DNA of 47,897 nt from a virus. Lineage: Duplodnaviria > Caudoviricetes. Position numbers and translations under genes: made by a program. Location of the stretch: positions 1-47,897 of the IMG/VR virus record IMGVR_UViG_3300037470_000256. One strand, written 5' to 3'. Position 1 is the stretch's first letter. Every line of letters starts with the position of its first letter. The notes under the pieces were generated by a model that saw only the letters and a program-made list of their open reading frames with translations, had not been told where the DNA came from and searched no databases. This document shows positions 1 to 7,791 of the stretch, in pieces.

Positions 1-127
1 ACCGGCACACAGGGGGCCGACGCCTTTGTCCAGACCAAGACGCAAAACAACACTACGAACGTCACCACGACCGGGAATGTGGCGTTCGATAGTGCGCTGA
101 CGGCGGGCAACGCGGTCATTGCCTTCT
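1..127. repeat. 127-bp terminal direct repeat (copy 1), circular-assembly overlap
   Basis: Bases 1-127 (accggcacac...gccttct) are identical to 47771-47897, and an ORF reads through the join in frame. Confidence 0.97.
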
Positions 128-405
128 TCGCGGTTAATCAGAACGTCAACCCCTCCGTTGAAGCGGGCTACTCCAGCTCGACGGGCCAGAACCACGCCTC
201 CCCCGCTTGTGGCAGTCGCGTCATTTGGCGGCTAGACATCGTGGATAACACCCCGTCCGTGACGCATGGGAACAACGAGTCGGGGATGGTGGCGTATGAG
301 CTTCAAGGGGTGCCTGCGGGTCCCGGTGCATCCATCGCCAGCAGGACACGAGGGATTCCTGGAATGAGCCGCTTGGGGAAGATCCCCGGCGTGAACCGTT
401 GGTAA
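1..405 (+). CDS. 3' part of junction-spanning virion/tail-accessory protein (starts at 47429; about 248 aa in total)
   Basis: Frame 1 is open from base 1 to TAA at 405 and continues the ORF from ATG 47429. Thr/Gly/Ser/Val-rich beta-type sequence in the tail cluster. Confidence 0.8.
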   Translation, partial: TGTQGADAFVQTKTQNNTTNVTTTGNVAFDSALTAGNAVIAFFAVNQNVNPSVEAGYSSSTGQNHASPACGSRVIWRLDIVDNTPSVTHGNNESGMVAYELQGVPAGPGASIASRTRGIPGMSRLGKIPGVNRW

Positions 406-417
406 AAGGAGCAGGCA

Positions 418-2019
418 ATGGCCTCAACTGATGCCAGACCGGTCCCCCAAAAGAATGTGGCCTACCGGGTCACGTTCCCGATCCTCGATGCGGCTGGTGA
501 TCTCGTCACGGCGGCTGGCTCACTGGACAGTGAGGTGTCCATTGACGCTGGCACGTTCGCGGACTGCACCAACGAGGCCACGGAAATCGCCACCGCTTCG
601 GGGATGTACTACCTCGACCTCACGTCCGGTGAGATGAACGGAGACACGGTAGCCATCATCGTCAAGAGCACGGGCGGTAAGACGGTGCCGGTCGTGCTTT
701 ACCCGGAAGAGGCTGGCGACATGCGGGCGGACGTGACCCACTGGAGCGGCACGGCGGTGGCAGCGGTGGATACCGCCGGTTATCCCAAGGTCACGATCAA
801 GGACGGCACTGGAGCGGGAGAGATCGCGTTGACCTCGGGTGCCGTGGATAGTGTTACCACGGTTGCGACGGCTACAGCAGTCACCACAGTCAACGGGCTG
901 GCGGCGAACGTCATCACGGCGGCCTCCCTCGCGGCGGACGCTGGGGCAGAAATTGCCGATGCTGTCTGGGATGAAGCCATTGCCGGGCATGCTGGTGCGG
1001 GATCAACCGGCGAAGCCCTGAGTGATGCGGGCGGCGCGGGGACACCTCCCACTGCTGCGGAAGTTGCGGATGCGGTGTGGGACGAAGCGCGATCCGGCCA
1101 TGTCGCAGCGGGCAGTTTCGGCGCGGCCAACCAGCTCCTCGATGAAGGCACCGCCTCCAGTGTGACCGCAACAGGTCTCACGGTAGCGGGCTCATTTGAA
1201 GATGACGCGCTGATGGGGGCGTTCCTCGAAATCGTCTCGGCCACTACGGGCGCGGGTCAGGGGCGTATCGTCGCCTCCAACGTCGGCTCGGCGGTCACGG
1301 TCGCGACGTTTGATCCGGCGCTGACCGGTACGGTGACCTACCGGCTCTATGCGGGATCACCGGCCGAAACCGCCGCCTCGATTGCTACAGCGGTACGGAC
1401 GGAACTGGCCACGGAACTGGCGCGGGTGGATGTGGATGTGTCCAGCCGGGCCGATGGGGCGGACTACACCCAAGCCCGAGCAGTGAAGATCGACAACCTG
1501 GACGCAACGATCTCTTCGCGCTCTACCGTGACCACGGCACAAGTCAACACAGAGTGCGATACCGCGATCACTGACGCGGCGCTGGTCACGAAGCTGGACG
1601 CGATTGATACCGTGGTAGACGCCATCCTAGTGGATACGGTGGAGATCGGAACGGCCGGCGCTGGCCTCACCGCGCTTGCCTCTGCCGCGAACCTCGCCAC
1701 AGTAGACGGGATCGTGGACTCGATCTTGGTGGACACGGCCGTGATTGGTGCAGCGGGCGCGGGGTTGACCGCAGTCCCGTGGAACGCGGCGTGGGACGCG
1801 GAAGTGGAGAGCGAAGCTACCGACGCACTGGTGGCCTATGATCCGCCGACCCACACGGAAGTCACCACAGCCGTGGGCGCGGTGGAGACCGACACCCAAG
1901 ACATCCAGGCACGGCTCCCGGCCGCGCTCACGGTGGCAGGGAACATCAAAGCCGATGTCGAGGAAGTGAACGCGGTCACGATTATAGGCGACGGTTCCGG
2001 GACTCCCTTCAACGTGTAG
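418..2019 (+). CDS. Ala/Thr-rich virion structural protein (tail fibre/accessory) with internal repeats
   Basis: 533 aa; strong RBS AAGGAG; repeated ADAVWDEA and ILVDTxxIGxAGAGLTA motifs; lies in the tail-accessory cluster. Confidence 0.7.
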   Translation: MASTDARPVPQKNVAYRVTFPILDAAGDLVTAAGSLDSEVSIDAGTFADCTNEATEIATASGMYYLDLTSGEMNGDTVAIIVKSTGGKTVPVVLYPEEAGDMRADVTHWSGTAVAAVDTAGYPKVTIKDGTGAGEIALTSGAVDSVTTVATATAVTTVNGLAANVITAASLAADAGAEIADAVWDEAIAGHAGAGSTGEALSDAGGAGTPPTAAEVADAVWDEARSGHVAAGSFGAANQLLDEGTASSVTATGLTVAGSFEDDALMGAFLEIVSATTGAGQGRIVASNVGSAVTVATFDPALTGTVTYRLYAGSPAETAASIATAVRTELATELARVDVDVSSRADGADYTQARAVKIDNLDATISSRSTVTTAQVNTECDTAITDAALVTKLDAIDTVVDAILVDTVEIGTAGAGLTALASAANLATVDGIVDSILVDTAVIGAAGAGLTAVPWNAAWDAEVESEATDALVAYDPPTHTEVTTAVGAVETDTQDIQARLPAALTVAGNIKADVEEVNAVTIIGDGSGTPFNV

Positions 2020-2030
2020 GAGAAGAGATC

Positions 2031-2444
2031 ATGGCTGGGTTCATTCCTGACGAAGGCGAGGCGCTGATTGCCAATCTGGTATGCAAGCGGATCTTGACGG
2101 ATCGTGACGCCGATCTGGAGTTGGGGTTATTCACCAACGCCTCGGTGGACGAGACCACCGATCTGGCGGCTATCACCGAACCGACCGGGACCGGCTATGC
2201 CCGCATCACCCTGACGGACGCGAGCTGGTCGGGGTCTACGGATACCCGCACGTATGCACAGCAAACGTTCACCGGGGGCGCGGGCGGATGGACCGGGGCG
2301 GTGTACGGCTACTTCATCGCCACCAAGGCAGCGGGCGGGACACCGCGGCTCCTCGCGATTGAGGTTGATGGCGATGCCCTCGCCCCGTACACGATTGCCG
2401 AGAACGACACGTACCGTGTCACCCCCTCGATTGCGGTTGCCTAA
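2031..2444 (+). CDS. Phage tail-associated protein
   Basis: 137 aa; RBS AGGAG; motifs LGLFT, EPTGTGYARITL and VYGYFI are typical of small tail-fibre/baseplate-associated phage proteins. Confidence 0.65.
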   Translation: MAGFIPDEGEALIANLVCKRILTDRDADLELGLFTNASVDETTDLAAITEPTGTGYARITLTDASWSGSTDTRTYAQQTFTGGAGGWTGAVYGYFIATKAAGGTPRLLAIEVDGDALAPYTIAENDTYRVTPSIAVA

Positions 2445-2447
2445 ACA

Positions 2448-3158
2448 ATGGCGCAAGTCTGGGCTACGGGCGTCTGGGCTCCCGGTGTCTGGGCGACCAC
2501 CACATGGGAGGGGTGCGAAGCCGCCGCGATTACCGGCGACGTCACGGTCACCCTTACGGTGGCTGGGACGATGGACCTTACCCGGCACGCAGATATTGCC
2601 GGAGATGTGGTGGTTACGGTGGCGGTGGCGGGCACGATGGACTTTACCCGCCATGCGGACATTGCAGGGGATGTCACCGTCACGCTGGCGGTCGCAGGCA
2701 CCATGCTGTACCGGCGACCGGCCCCGTTGGTGTTGGCGTGGGCAAGTCACCCCAAGTTCTTACTGGCATGGGGCAGTCACCCGAAACTGATTCTAGCGAG
2801 AGTGTCTATGGACGACTTCCTGTATCTCGATAACCCCTACGTCATCAAGTGGACGGCGAAGGAGTACAACACCTCCAACGTGCTGGAAGCGGCAGACGGG
2901 TACACCGTGACGGGGCGGATCTCGCTCACCGCCAGCGGGGCAGTCATTGGCGAATGTAGTGCCACCCTCACGGAACTGGTGGGTGAGGCGGGCACCTACT
3001 CGGGCACCATCACATCCTCCTCGATTACCACAGACCTGACGGCCTACGTAGGGCAGACGGTATTCGAGATCGTAGAGGACAGCGATGGGAACGGCGAGAA
3101 GTCGAAGCGGCTGACCGTGGCCTATCGGTCGGTGGAAGTCGAAGACGGCACCCCCTGA
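2448..3158 (+). CDS. Virion protein with 22-aa and 10-aa tandem repeats and a C-terminal beta domain
   Basis: 236 aa; about 3x IAGDVxVTxAVAGTMDxTRHAD (66-bp period) and 2x LAWxSHPK. Confidence 0.6.
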   Translation: MAQVWATGVWAPGVWATTTWEGCEAAAITGDVTVTLTVAGTMDLTRHADIAGDVVVTVAVAGTMDFTRHADIAGDVTVTLAVAGTMLYRRPAPLVLAWASHPKFLLAWGSHPKLILARVSMDDFLYLDNPYVIKWTAKEYNTSNVLEAADGYTVTGRISLTASGAVIGECSATLTELVGEAGTYSGTITSSSITTDLTAYVGQTVFEIVEDSDGNGEKSKRLTVAYRSVEVEDGTP

Positions 3159-3176
3159 ACTACTCACGGCCATGAG

Positions 3177-3581
3177 GTGAGCACGGTGCAACACTCGGGA
3201 TGGATACTGATCGACCTCATGACGATCCTCGCTCTCGGGGGAGTGGCGTTCGCGACGTTCTTGACGAACGCGCAAGTCGCGGTCAACGCGGGTCCAGTGG
3301 TGCCCCTCTTCTGGATCGCCGGGCCGACGATCACGGTGCTGATCGGGTTGCTGGTCTGGGCGGTGCGGACAATTCAGACCACGCAAATCACGATGGCCGT
3401 GGTGCAGTCGCAGATGGTAGAAGTGACCGCGTTGCGGAAGTGGAAGCACGACGAAGTGGAGCAGTGGCGGCTGGTGATGAACCTGGAGATCGGCGCACTC
3501 AAGGGCAGCCAAGAGGACCACGAGAAGCAGCTAGACAACTTGCATCGCCGGATTGAGCGATTCGAGCAGGAGCGGGCTTAG
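3177..3581 (+). CDS. Membrane protein with two hydrophobic segments and a C-terminal coiled coil (holin/antiholin-like candidate)
   Basis: Two predicted TM stretches, then a charged heptad tail; sits at the head of the lysis cassette. Confidence 0.55.
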   Translation: MSTVQHSGWILIDLMTILALGGVAFATFLTNAQVAVNAGPVVPLFWIAGPTITVLIGLLVWAVRTIQTTQITMAVVQSQMVEVTALRKWKHDEVEQWRLVMNLEIGALKGSQEDHEKQLDNLHRRIERFEQERA

Positions 3582-3715
3582 ACCTCCTCCCGATGGCCGC
3601 ACCGGAGACAGACGTGAACGAGCCGCCAGACCTTGAGGTCGAAGGCCAGGAAGCGAGGCTCCCAGAACCAGTCTCCGAAGAGATGAAAGCGAGTCGGTGT
3701 CATAACAGGTACCAT
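3578..3715 (-). CDS. Small hypothetical protein with HxCxxC motif (not in ORF track)
   Basis: MVPVMTPTRFHLFGDWFWEPRFLAFDLKVWRLVHVCLRCGHREEV (45 aa); fills the gap and its stop overlaps the stop of the convergent gene. Confidence 0.4.
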   Translation of the reverse strand: MVPVMTPTRFHLFGDWFWEPRFLAFDLKVWRLVHVCLRCGHREEV

Positions 3716-3775
3716 GCTCAAGTATCGCAAGCGTAGGGGGTTGGCGCAAGTTCATTCGTCACACAGGGGGTTGGT

Positions 3776-3907
3776 ATGACGATCTCATTGTTTGTCCTCG
3801 CCGCGATCTTGGCGGTGCTGTCCTACATCTCTCCACCGGTGGAGAAGGCGGTGCGGGTGACGGCGTATGCGTTAGTGGTGGTGTATCTGCTCCGGGGGCT
3901 CTTGTGA
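3776..3907 (+). CDS. Small two-TM membrane protein, holin candidate (not in ORF track)
   Basis: MTISLFVLAAILAVLSYISPPVEKAVRVTAYALVVVYLLRGLL (43 aa); RBS AGGGGG; GTGA overlap with the next gene. Confidence 0.6.
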   Translation: MTISLFVLAAILAVLSYISPPVEKAVRVTAYALVVVYLLRGLL

Positions 3908-4251
3908 TCGGGCCGAACACCAGCCAAGTCCTTGAGCCCATCAAGGCGGAGGTGGTGAAGTCGGATGGCGGTGAAGAGAAGTGGGCTGACAAGGTGCGGC
4001 GAGGGTTTGCCGGTATGCTCTTTATCGTGATGGGGATCGGTGTGATTGCTCTCTCGGTGTTCAAGGTCAACACTGATTGGGTGCTGTTGATCTTGTGCTT
4101 GGTGGGCGTGGTGCTAGCCATTCGCGGCGGCAACATCATCGCCAGTGACCTCGCCAAGAACGCGGACCGGCTGACGGTGGCCTTTGTCAAAGACATTGCG
4201 GGAGCGGCGACTCGGGTAGTGCGCGGCGGAAAGAAAGAGGGGGAGGAATGA
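3904..4251 (+). CDS. Two-TM membrane protein, holin candidate
   Basis: 115 aa; two hydrophobic helices and a charged C-terminus; ATGA overlap with the endolysin. Confidence 0.6.
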   Translation: MIGPNTSQVLEPIKAEVVKSDGGEEKWADKVRRGFAGMLFIVMGIGVIALSVFKVNTDWVLLILCLVGVVLAIRGGNIIASDLAKNADRLTVAFVKDIAGAATRVVRGGKKEGEE

Positions 4252-4724
4252 GCCTGTCACAAATCTCTGACCGGCGCAGTCTCGCGCTGGAGGTGTGGCG
4301 ACGACAACTGAACCAGCCTTACATATGGGCGGGCGATGATCCGATTGTCGGGTTTGACTGCTCAGGGTTAGCGCTGGAAGGGTTGAAAGCGGCGGGCATC
4401 GTAGACCGGAACCTGGATACGACGGCGCACAACCTCTTACATGTGACGTTCAAGAACCGGCCACGACTGACGGACCCGAAGGCGATGCGTCCGGGCTGCC
4501 TGATCTTCTGGGACGGGAGTCAGGGGATTCGGCATGTGGAGATAGTCGTGCTGGTGTTACAGGAAACCATTTTCACGATTGGGGCCAGCGGCGGCGGGAG
4601 CAAGACGCCCACGGCGACAGAGGCGGCGAAACAAAACGCCTACACCAAAATCAGACCAGCGGCGGCGGGATGGCTCTGTGCGGTTGATCCGTTCATGGCG
4701 GGCAGCTCGACGGGGCCAGCGTGA
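4248..4724 (+). CDS. NlpC/P60 cysteine-peptidase endolysin
   Basis: PYIWAG...GFDCSGL catalytic Cys motif, PGCLIFW and RHVEI catalytic His; flanked by holin- and spanin-like genes. Confidence 0.9.
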   Translation: MSLSQISDRRSLALEVWRRQLNQPYIWAGDDPIVGFDCSGLALEGLKAAGIVDRNLDTTAHNLLHVTFKNRPRLTDPKAMRPGCLIFWDGSQGIRHVEIVVLVLQETIFTIGASGGGSKTPTATEAAKQNAYTKIRPAAAGWLCAVDPFMAGSSTGPA

Positions 4725-4834
4725 AACAGCCCCCCATTTCTGAGAGGCTGAGTCAGACAGGGCGGGTACCTAGCCCGAGGATGGGCGCTTCCCCACGGCG
4801 TTCCTCTCTATGCCTTTTCCTGTCTGTACGATGA
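4721..4834 (+). CDS. 37-aa bridging ORF across a structured spacer
   Basis: GTG overlaps the endolysin stop (GTGA) and its TGA overlaps the ATG at 4831 (ATGA); the downstream gene has no clear RBS. Confidence 0.4.
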   Translation: MKQPPISERLSQTGRVPSPRMGASPRRSSLCLFLSVR

Positions 4835-5454
4835 AAACTAACTACCTCGTCCTCGGAGTGCTCGGTGCCCTGCTCTTTTGGGTAGGCCACTCCTGCGGGA
4901 AACCCAAAGACGGGCTGACGGTGGCGATAGATACGCTGGCTATTCGGATCAACGTGAGCGATTCCGTGCAGCGAAGCCTACAACCACGGATCGCAGCGGC
5001 CGAGGCCGAGGCCAGTAGGAAAGCACAAGACGCCGTGTCCGCACGTAGCGAGGCCAACAGATTACACGCTGAATCTCAAGGTTTGCGAGATCGTTATTGC
5101 GAGGGTCGCCGTCCTTGTGGTGGACAACGAACGTTGAGCGATTCACTTGTTCCATCTGACTCTCTCCTCGTGGTGGCATACGATACACTCCTCGCGGCTT
5201 ACGATGCCTGCACGCTGGCGGACCAATCATGTCAAGCGGTCGTGGCCCAGAAAGATTCCATCATCGGCGCTGAACGTCAAATCCGGGCCTCCCTTGAAGC
5301 TGTCCGGGACGCGGGGAGAGCGGTCGTGAAAGCGCGGCCGTCGTTTCTATCCCGGATACTTCCTAAGCCGTCCTTTGGGTATGGTGTCACATTGTCAAGG
5401 CTGGACAGGGAGATTCACGACGGTATCCAGTTGGGGCTGACGTGGACGTTTTGA
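4831..5454 (+). CDS. Spanin-like lysis protein (N-terminal membrane anchor, coiled coil, C-terminal beta-hairpin)
   Basis: MKTNYLVLGVLGALLFWVGHSC anchor; Ala-rich helices; ends GYGVTL...GIQLGLTWTF; follows the endolysin. ATG 4831 preferred over 4810. Confidence 0.6.
   Translation: MKTNYLVLGVLGALLFWVGHSCGKPKDGLTVAIDTLAIRINVSDSVQRSLQPRIAAAEAEASRKAQDAVSARSEANRLHAESQGLRDRYCEGRRPCGGQRTLSDSLVPSDSLLVVAYDTLLAAYDACTLADQSCQAVVAQKDSIIGAERQIRASLEAVRDAGRAVVKARPSFLSRILPKPSFGYGVTLSRLDREIHDGIQLGLTWTF
4949..5155 (-). CDS. Mini HNH-motif ORF nested antisense in the spanin-like gene (possibly a remnant)
   Basis: MEQVNRSTFVVHHKDGDPRNNDLANLEI...; AGGAG 8 nt upstream of the ATG. Confidence 0.35.
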   Translation of the reverse strand: MEQVNRSTFVVHHKDGDPRNNDLANLEIQRVICWPRYVRTRRLVLSYWPRPRPLRSVVVGFAARNRSR

Positions 5455-5991
5455 CTTTCGCCGCTTCCACCGTTCTCTATCAGCGGCTCGCGCCTTCTCT
5501 AGGTTGCGGGCTCGCCATGCTCGCATTTTTGCGGCGTGGTGTGCCAGTGACTCACGTCTGGTTTTCCGCTCATTGGCCGCTACACATGGAATACACCGAC
5601 GCCCCGTTTTCCCCTGAGAGTATTCGCCCCCGCATTTCGGACAGTGTGTCTGTCGGGCAAACTTCGCCATCGGGGATTCTCCCCGAAGAATGTTCTCTCG
5701 GTTTGTCACGGGTTCAAGATGGTCTGGATTCACACAGCCGCGATTGCGACAGAGGTGGTCCAAGTCTAGGCCGCCTGGAATCGGTCCTCGGTGTAACTCG
5801 TAGACATGTCTGTGAGCAGGGATCATGTGCTGTGAGGAGCGATATAACTCCTTCACGTAGATGGAGCCATAGCCATCGGCGGATGTACAGCCGACCCACT
5901 GCCAACAGCCATTCTCTTGGATCACATACCCGACTGGGTTGCTCCCTGCTCGACGACTGTCAGAATTGAGTTGAATGAATGCGCCAATCAT
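5395..5991 (-). CDS. HNH homing-type endonuclease
   Basis: CWQWVG...GYG...AHRHVYE...LDHLCRNRGCVNPDHLEPVT..EN, followed by a CxxC...CxxC C-terminal module. Confidence 0.9.
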   Translation of the reverse strand: MIGAFIQLNSDSRRAGSNPVGYVIQENGCWQWVGCTSADGYGSIYVKELYRSSQHMIPAHRHVYELHRGPIPGGLDLDHLCRNRGCVNPDHLEPVTNRENILRGESPMAKFARQTHCPKCGGEYSQGKTGRRCIPCVAANERKTRRESLAHHAAKMRAWRARNLEKARAADRERWKRRKSKRPRQPQLDTVVNLPVQP

Positions 5992-6048
5992 GGTGAAATA
6001 TAATGATTTTCAGAGGAGAAAAGGCGCATTGTTACACCCGGCCATCGG

Positions 6049-6372
6049 CTACGGTGTCTCCCTGTCTGGTGGGGAGTTGAGGACCGGGCCGGTGCTGGCG
6101 TTAGGATGGTCTTTTTGACTTTCGGATTTTTCGCCGTCCAGATAGACACCTGCGGCGATGCGCTCAATACGGGTGTCGTCAATGTACGGCTCTGTCGCAA
6201 GCACGGCTCTGTCGTGGTCGGTCAGCACGACCGATGCTGGGCCAAGACATCCGTGCGCGGCAAGTTTCTCCGCGATATAGCGGTACGGTTGAGCATCCAC
6301 AAAGGAAACACCGACATGGCCCAGCGCCACAACTATGCAATGGTGAAGGGCTTCAACGTTTCGCTCGTTCAT
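6049..6372 (-). CDS. Hypothetical protein, paralog of 24879..25160
   Basis: Shares MNxRNV(E/D)A, AExLAxxGxLGPASxVLTD and ERIAxG with the 24879 gene; GGAG RBS. Confidence 0.7.
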   Translation of the reverse strand: MNERNVEALHHCIVVALGHVGVSFVDAQPYRYIAEKLAAHGCLGPASVVLTDHDRAVLATEPYIDDTRIERIAAGVYLDGEKSESQKDHPNASTGPVLNSPPDRETP

Positions 6373-6387
6373 AACGGGGGGTCTCCA

Positions 6388-7263
6388 ATGAAGGTACTCA
6401 CGCTGCTCTTGCTGCTGGCCTCACCACTCTCTGGTCAGTCGATGGATACCGTCAAGGTGGGGTATGACTCCATCGTGTCGCTCTCCCGCGACTCGATCGG
6501 CCCCACGGTGCACGATACCACCTACCTGGTCACCAAAGATACCATCCTCCGGCTCTGCTGCCGAGACTCGCTGGTGCCCAAACCTGCGCCCCCGGGTCCG
6601 ACACTGCCCGCTGGGGTGACGCTGGTGGCCACACATACCTGCTCCCAGCTTTATGAAGACGGGTTCACCAACCGAAACGGCTCTGCGCGCATCGTCTCCG
6701 ATGCTGGTGGAACCGTCTGCCAAGCCTTCTACCCGGCGGGGTATGAAGGGGGTAGAGGACCAGTACTGGTGGGCCATCCCAGTAAAGGAACGACCGTCTT
6801 TGTCTCGTTCCGGCTGTACATCGACCCGCACTGGCAAGGGCACGGCTCGGGCGTCAACAAGGTGCTGCATTTCTGGATCGGCAACCCGGGGGTCAGTCCG
6901 GGGAATCGGTTGTACTTGTCGGCGCAAGGCAGCGGGACCGGGCTGTTGCAAGCGCAAGTGCGGTTGCAAGGCGTTGCCGAAGATCCGGTCAGTCGGAACT
7001 TGTACAGCCGTCTCTTCATTCCGCGAGGCCAGTGGGTGCGCTGGGAGGTGCTCACCACAGCGAACACGAACGGGCTCGCCAACGGGACAGTTCAGTGGTG
7101 GATTGACGGCGTACAAGCCGGACACGTCACCAACATCCGGTTTACCGCGGGCAGTCCGGTTTTCCATCATGTGGACTGGAACCCAACGTGGGGCGGAATG
7201 GGTGGCACGCTCGTGCAATCGCAGGTCATGCGGATAGACGACTTCGCGATTGCGGTCCGGTAG
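6388..7263 (+). CDS. Secreted polysaccharide-lyase-like / ConA jelly-roll protein
   Basis: Signal peptide MKVLTLLLLLASPLSGQ; motifs RGQWVRWEV, NGTVQWWIDG and NPTWGG; start reassigned from 6106 to ATG 6388. Confidence 0.65.
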   Translation: MKVLTLLLLLASPLSGQSMDTVKVGYDSIVSLSRDSIGPTVHDTTYLVTKDTILRLCCRDSLVPKPAPPGPTLPAGVTLVATHTCSQLYEDGFTNRNGSARIVSDAGGTVCQAFYPAGYEGGRGPVLVGHPSKGTTVFVSFRLYIDPHWQGHGSGVNKVLHFWIGNPGVSPGNRLYLSAQGSGTGLLQAQVRLQGVAEDPVSRNLYSRLFIPRGQWVRWEVLTTANTNGLANGTVQWWIDGVQAGHVTNIRFTAGSPVFHHVDWNPTWGGMGGTLVQSQVMRIDDFAIAVR

Positions 7264-7265
7264 CA

Positions 7266-7367
7266 TCACTTGATCTGCTTGAAGTGATACCAGAGGACGG
7301 CGATCAGGCCGCCCACCAAGACGCCCATGAGAATCCAGTACAGGGGTTCAGGCATCGGTCCGGTCAT
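7266..7367 (-). CDS. 33-aa single-TM peptide
   Basis: MTGPMPEPLYWILMGVLVGGLIAVLWYHFKQIK; ATGA-coupled to the upstream minus-strand gene. Confidence 0.55.
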   Translation of the reverse strand: MTGPMPEPLYWILMGVLVGGLIAVLWYHFKQIK

Positions 7368-7588
7368 GGTCGATCGTGTCTTCGGAGCCACGGGCCGACG
7401 CCAGCCACAACAATGAGGAAGAGTCCGCCGAGCGCCCCGACGATACTCCACGGCACGTTGAGGGGATCGGGGCCGGGGCCACCACCTGACGCCTGGATCG
7501 GGGTGGGTCCCTCTGTCGTGACGGCAACGAAGACGGCCGCGACGAGGGCGAGCCAAATGAGTCCGGTGATGTAGCGAAGGATGGTCAT
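7364..7588 (-). CDS. 74-aa two-TM membrane protein
   Basis: MTILRYITGLIWLALVAAVFVAV...WSIVGALGGLFLIVVAGV; AAGGG upstream. Confidence 0.6.
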   Translation of the reverse strand: MTILRYITGLIWLALVAAVFVAVTTEGPTPIQASGGGPGPDPLNVPWSIVGALGGLFLIVVAGVGPWLRRHDRP

Positions 7589-7617
7589 TTCTCGTTTCCC
7601 TTTAGAAGGAGGCTGTA

Positions 7618-7791
7618 ATGAAAAAGATCGCTCTGTTGTCTCTGTTGGTGCTGGCCTGTGCCTCACCCACAGCCGAGAACCCCAAACCGTCGCTGGACGA
7701 TCAGCATGCCCTGCCGCACAACGGGCCGTGCCATGCCGGCGAAACCGAGACCCAAGGACAAGGCGGTGTCGTGACCTGTAGCGCGGCCTAG
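7618..7791 (+). CDS. 57-aa exported lipoprotein/propeptide (not in ORF track)
   Basis: MKKIALLSLLVLAC-ASPTAENPKPSLDDQHALPHNGPCHAGETETQGQGGVVTCSAA; lipobox-like VLAC; strong RBS AAGGAGG; stop overlaps the TPR gene stop. Confidence 0.75.
   Translation: MKKIALLSLLVLACASPTAENPKPSLDDQHALPHNGPCHAGETETQGQGGVVTCSAA

Noticed and set aside
5147-5329. Nested Rz1-like o-spanin
   Set aside because: No signal peptide or lipobox cysteine in this frame.
6106-6387. N-terminal extension of the lyase-like ORF given in the ORF track
   Set aside because: It is the antisense of the 6049-6372 gene; the signal peptide begins at ATG 6388.
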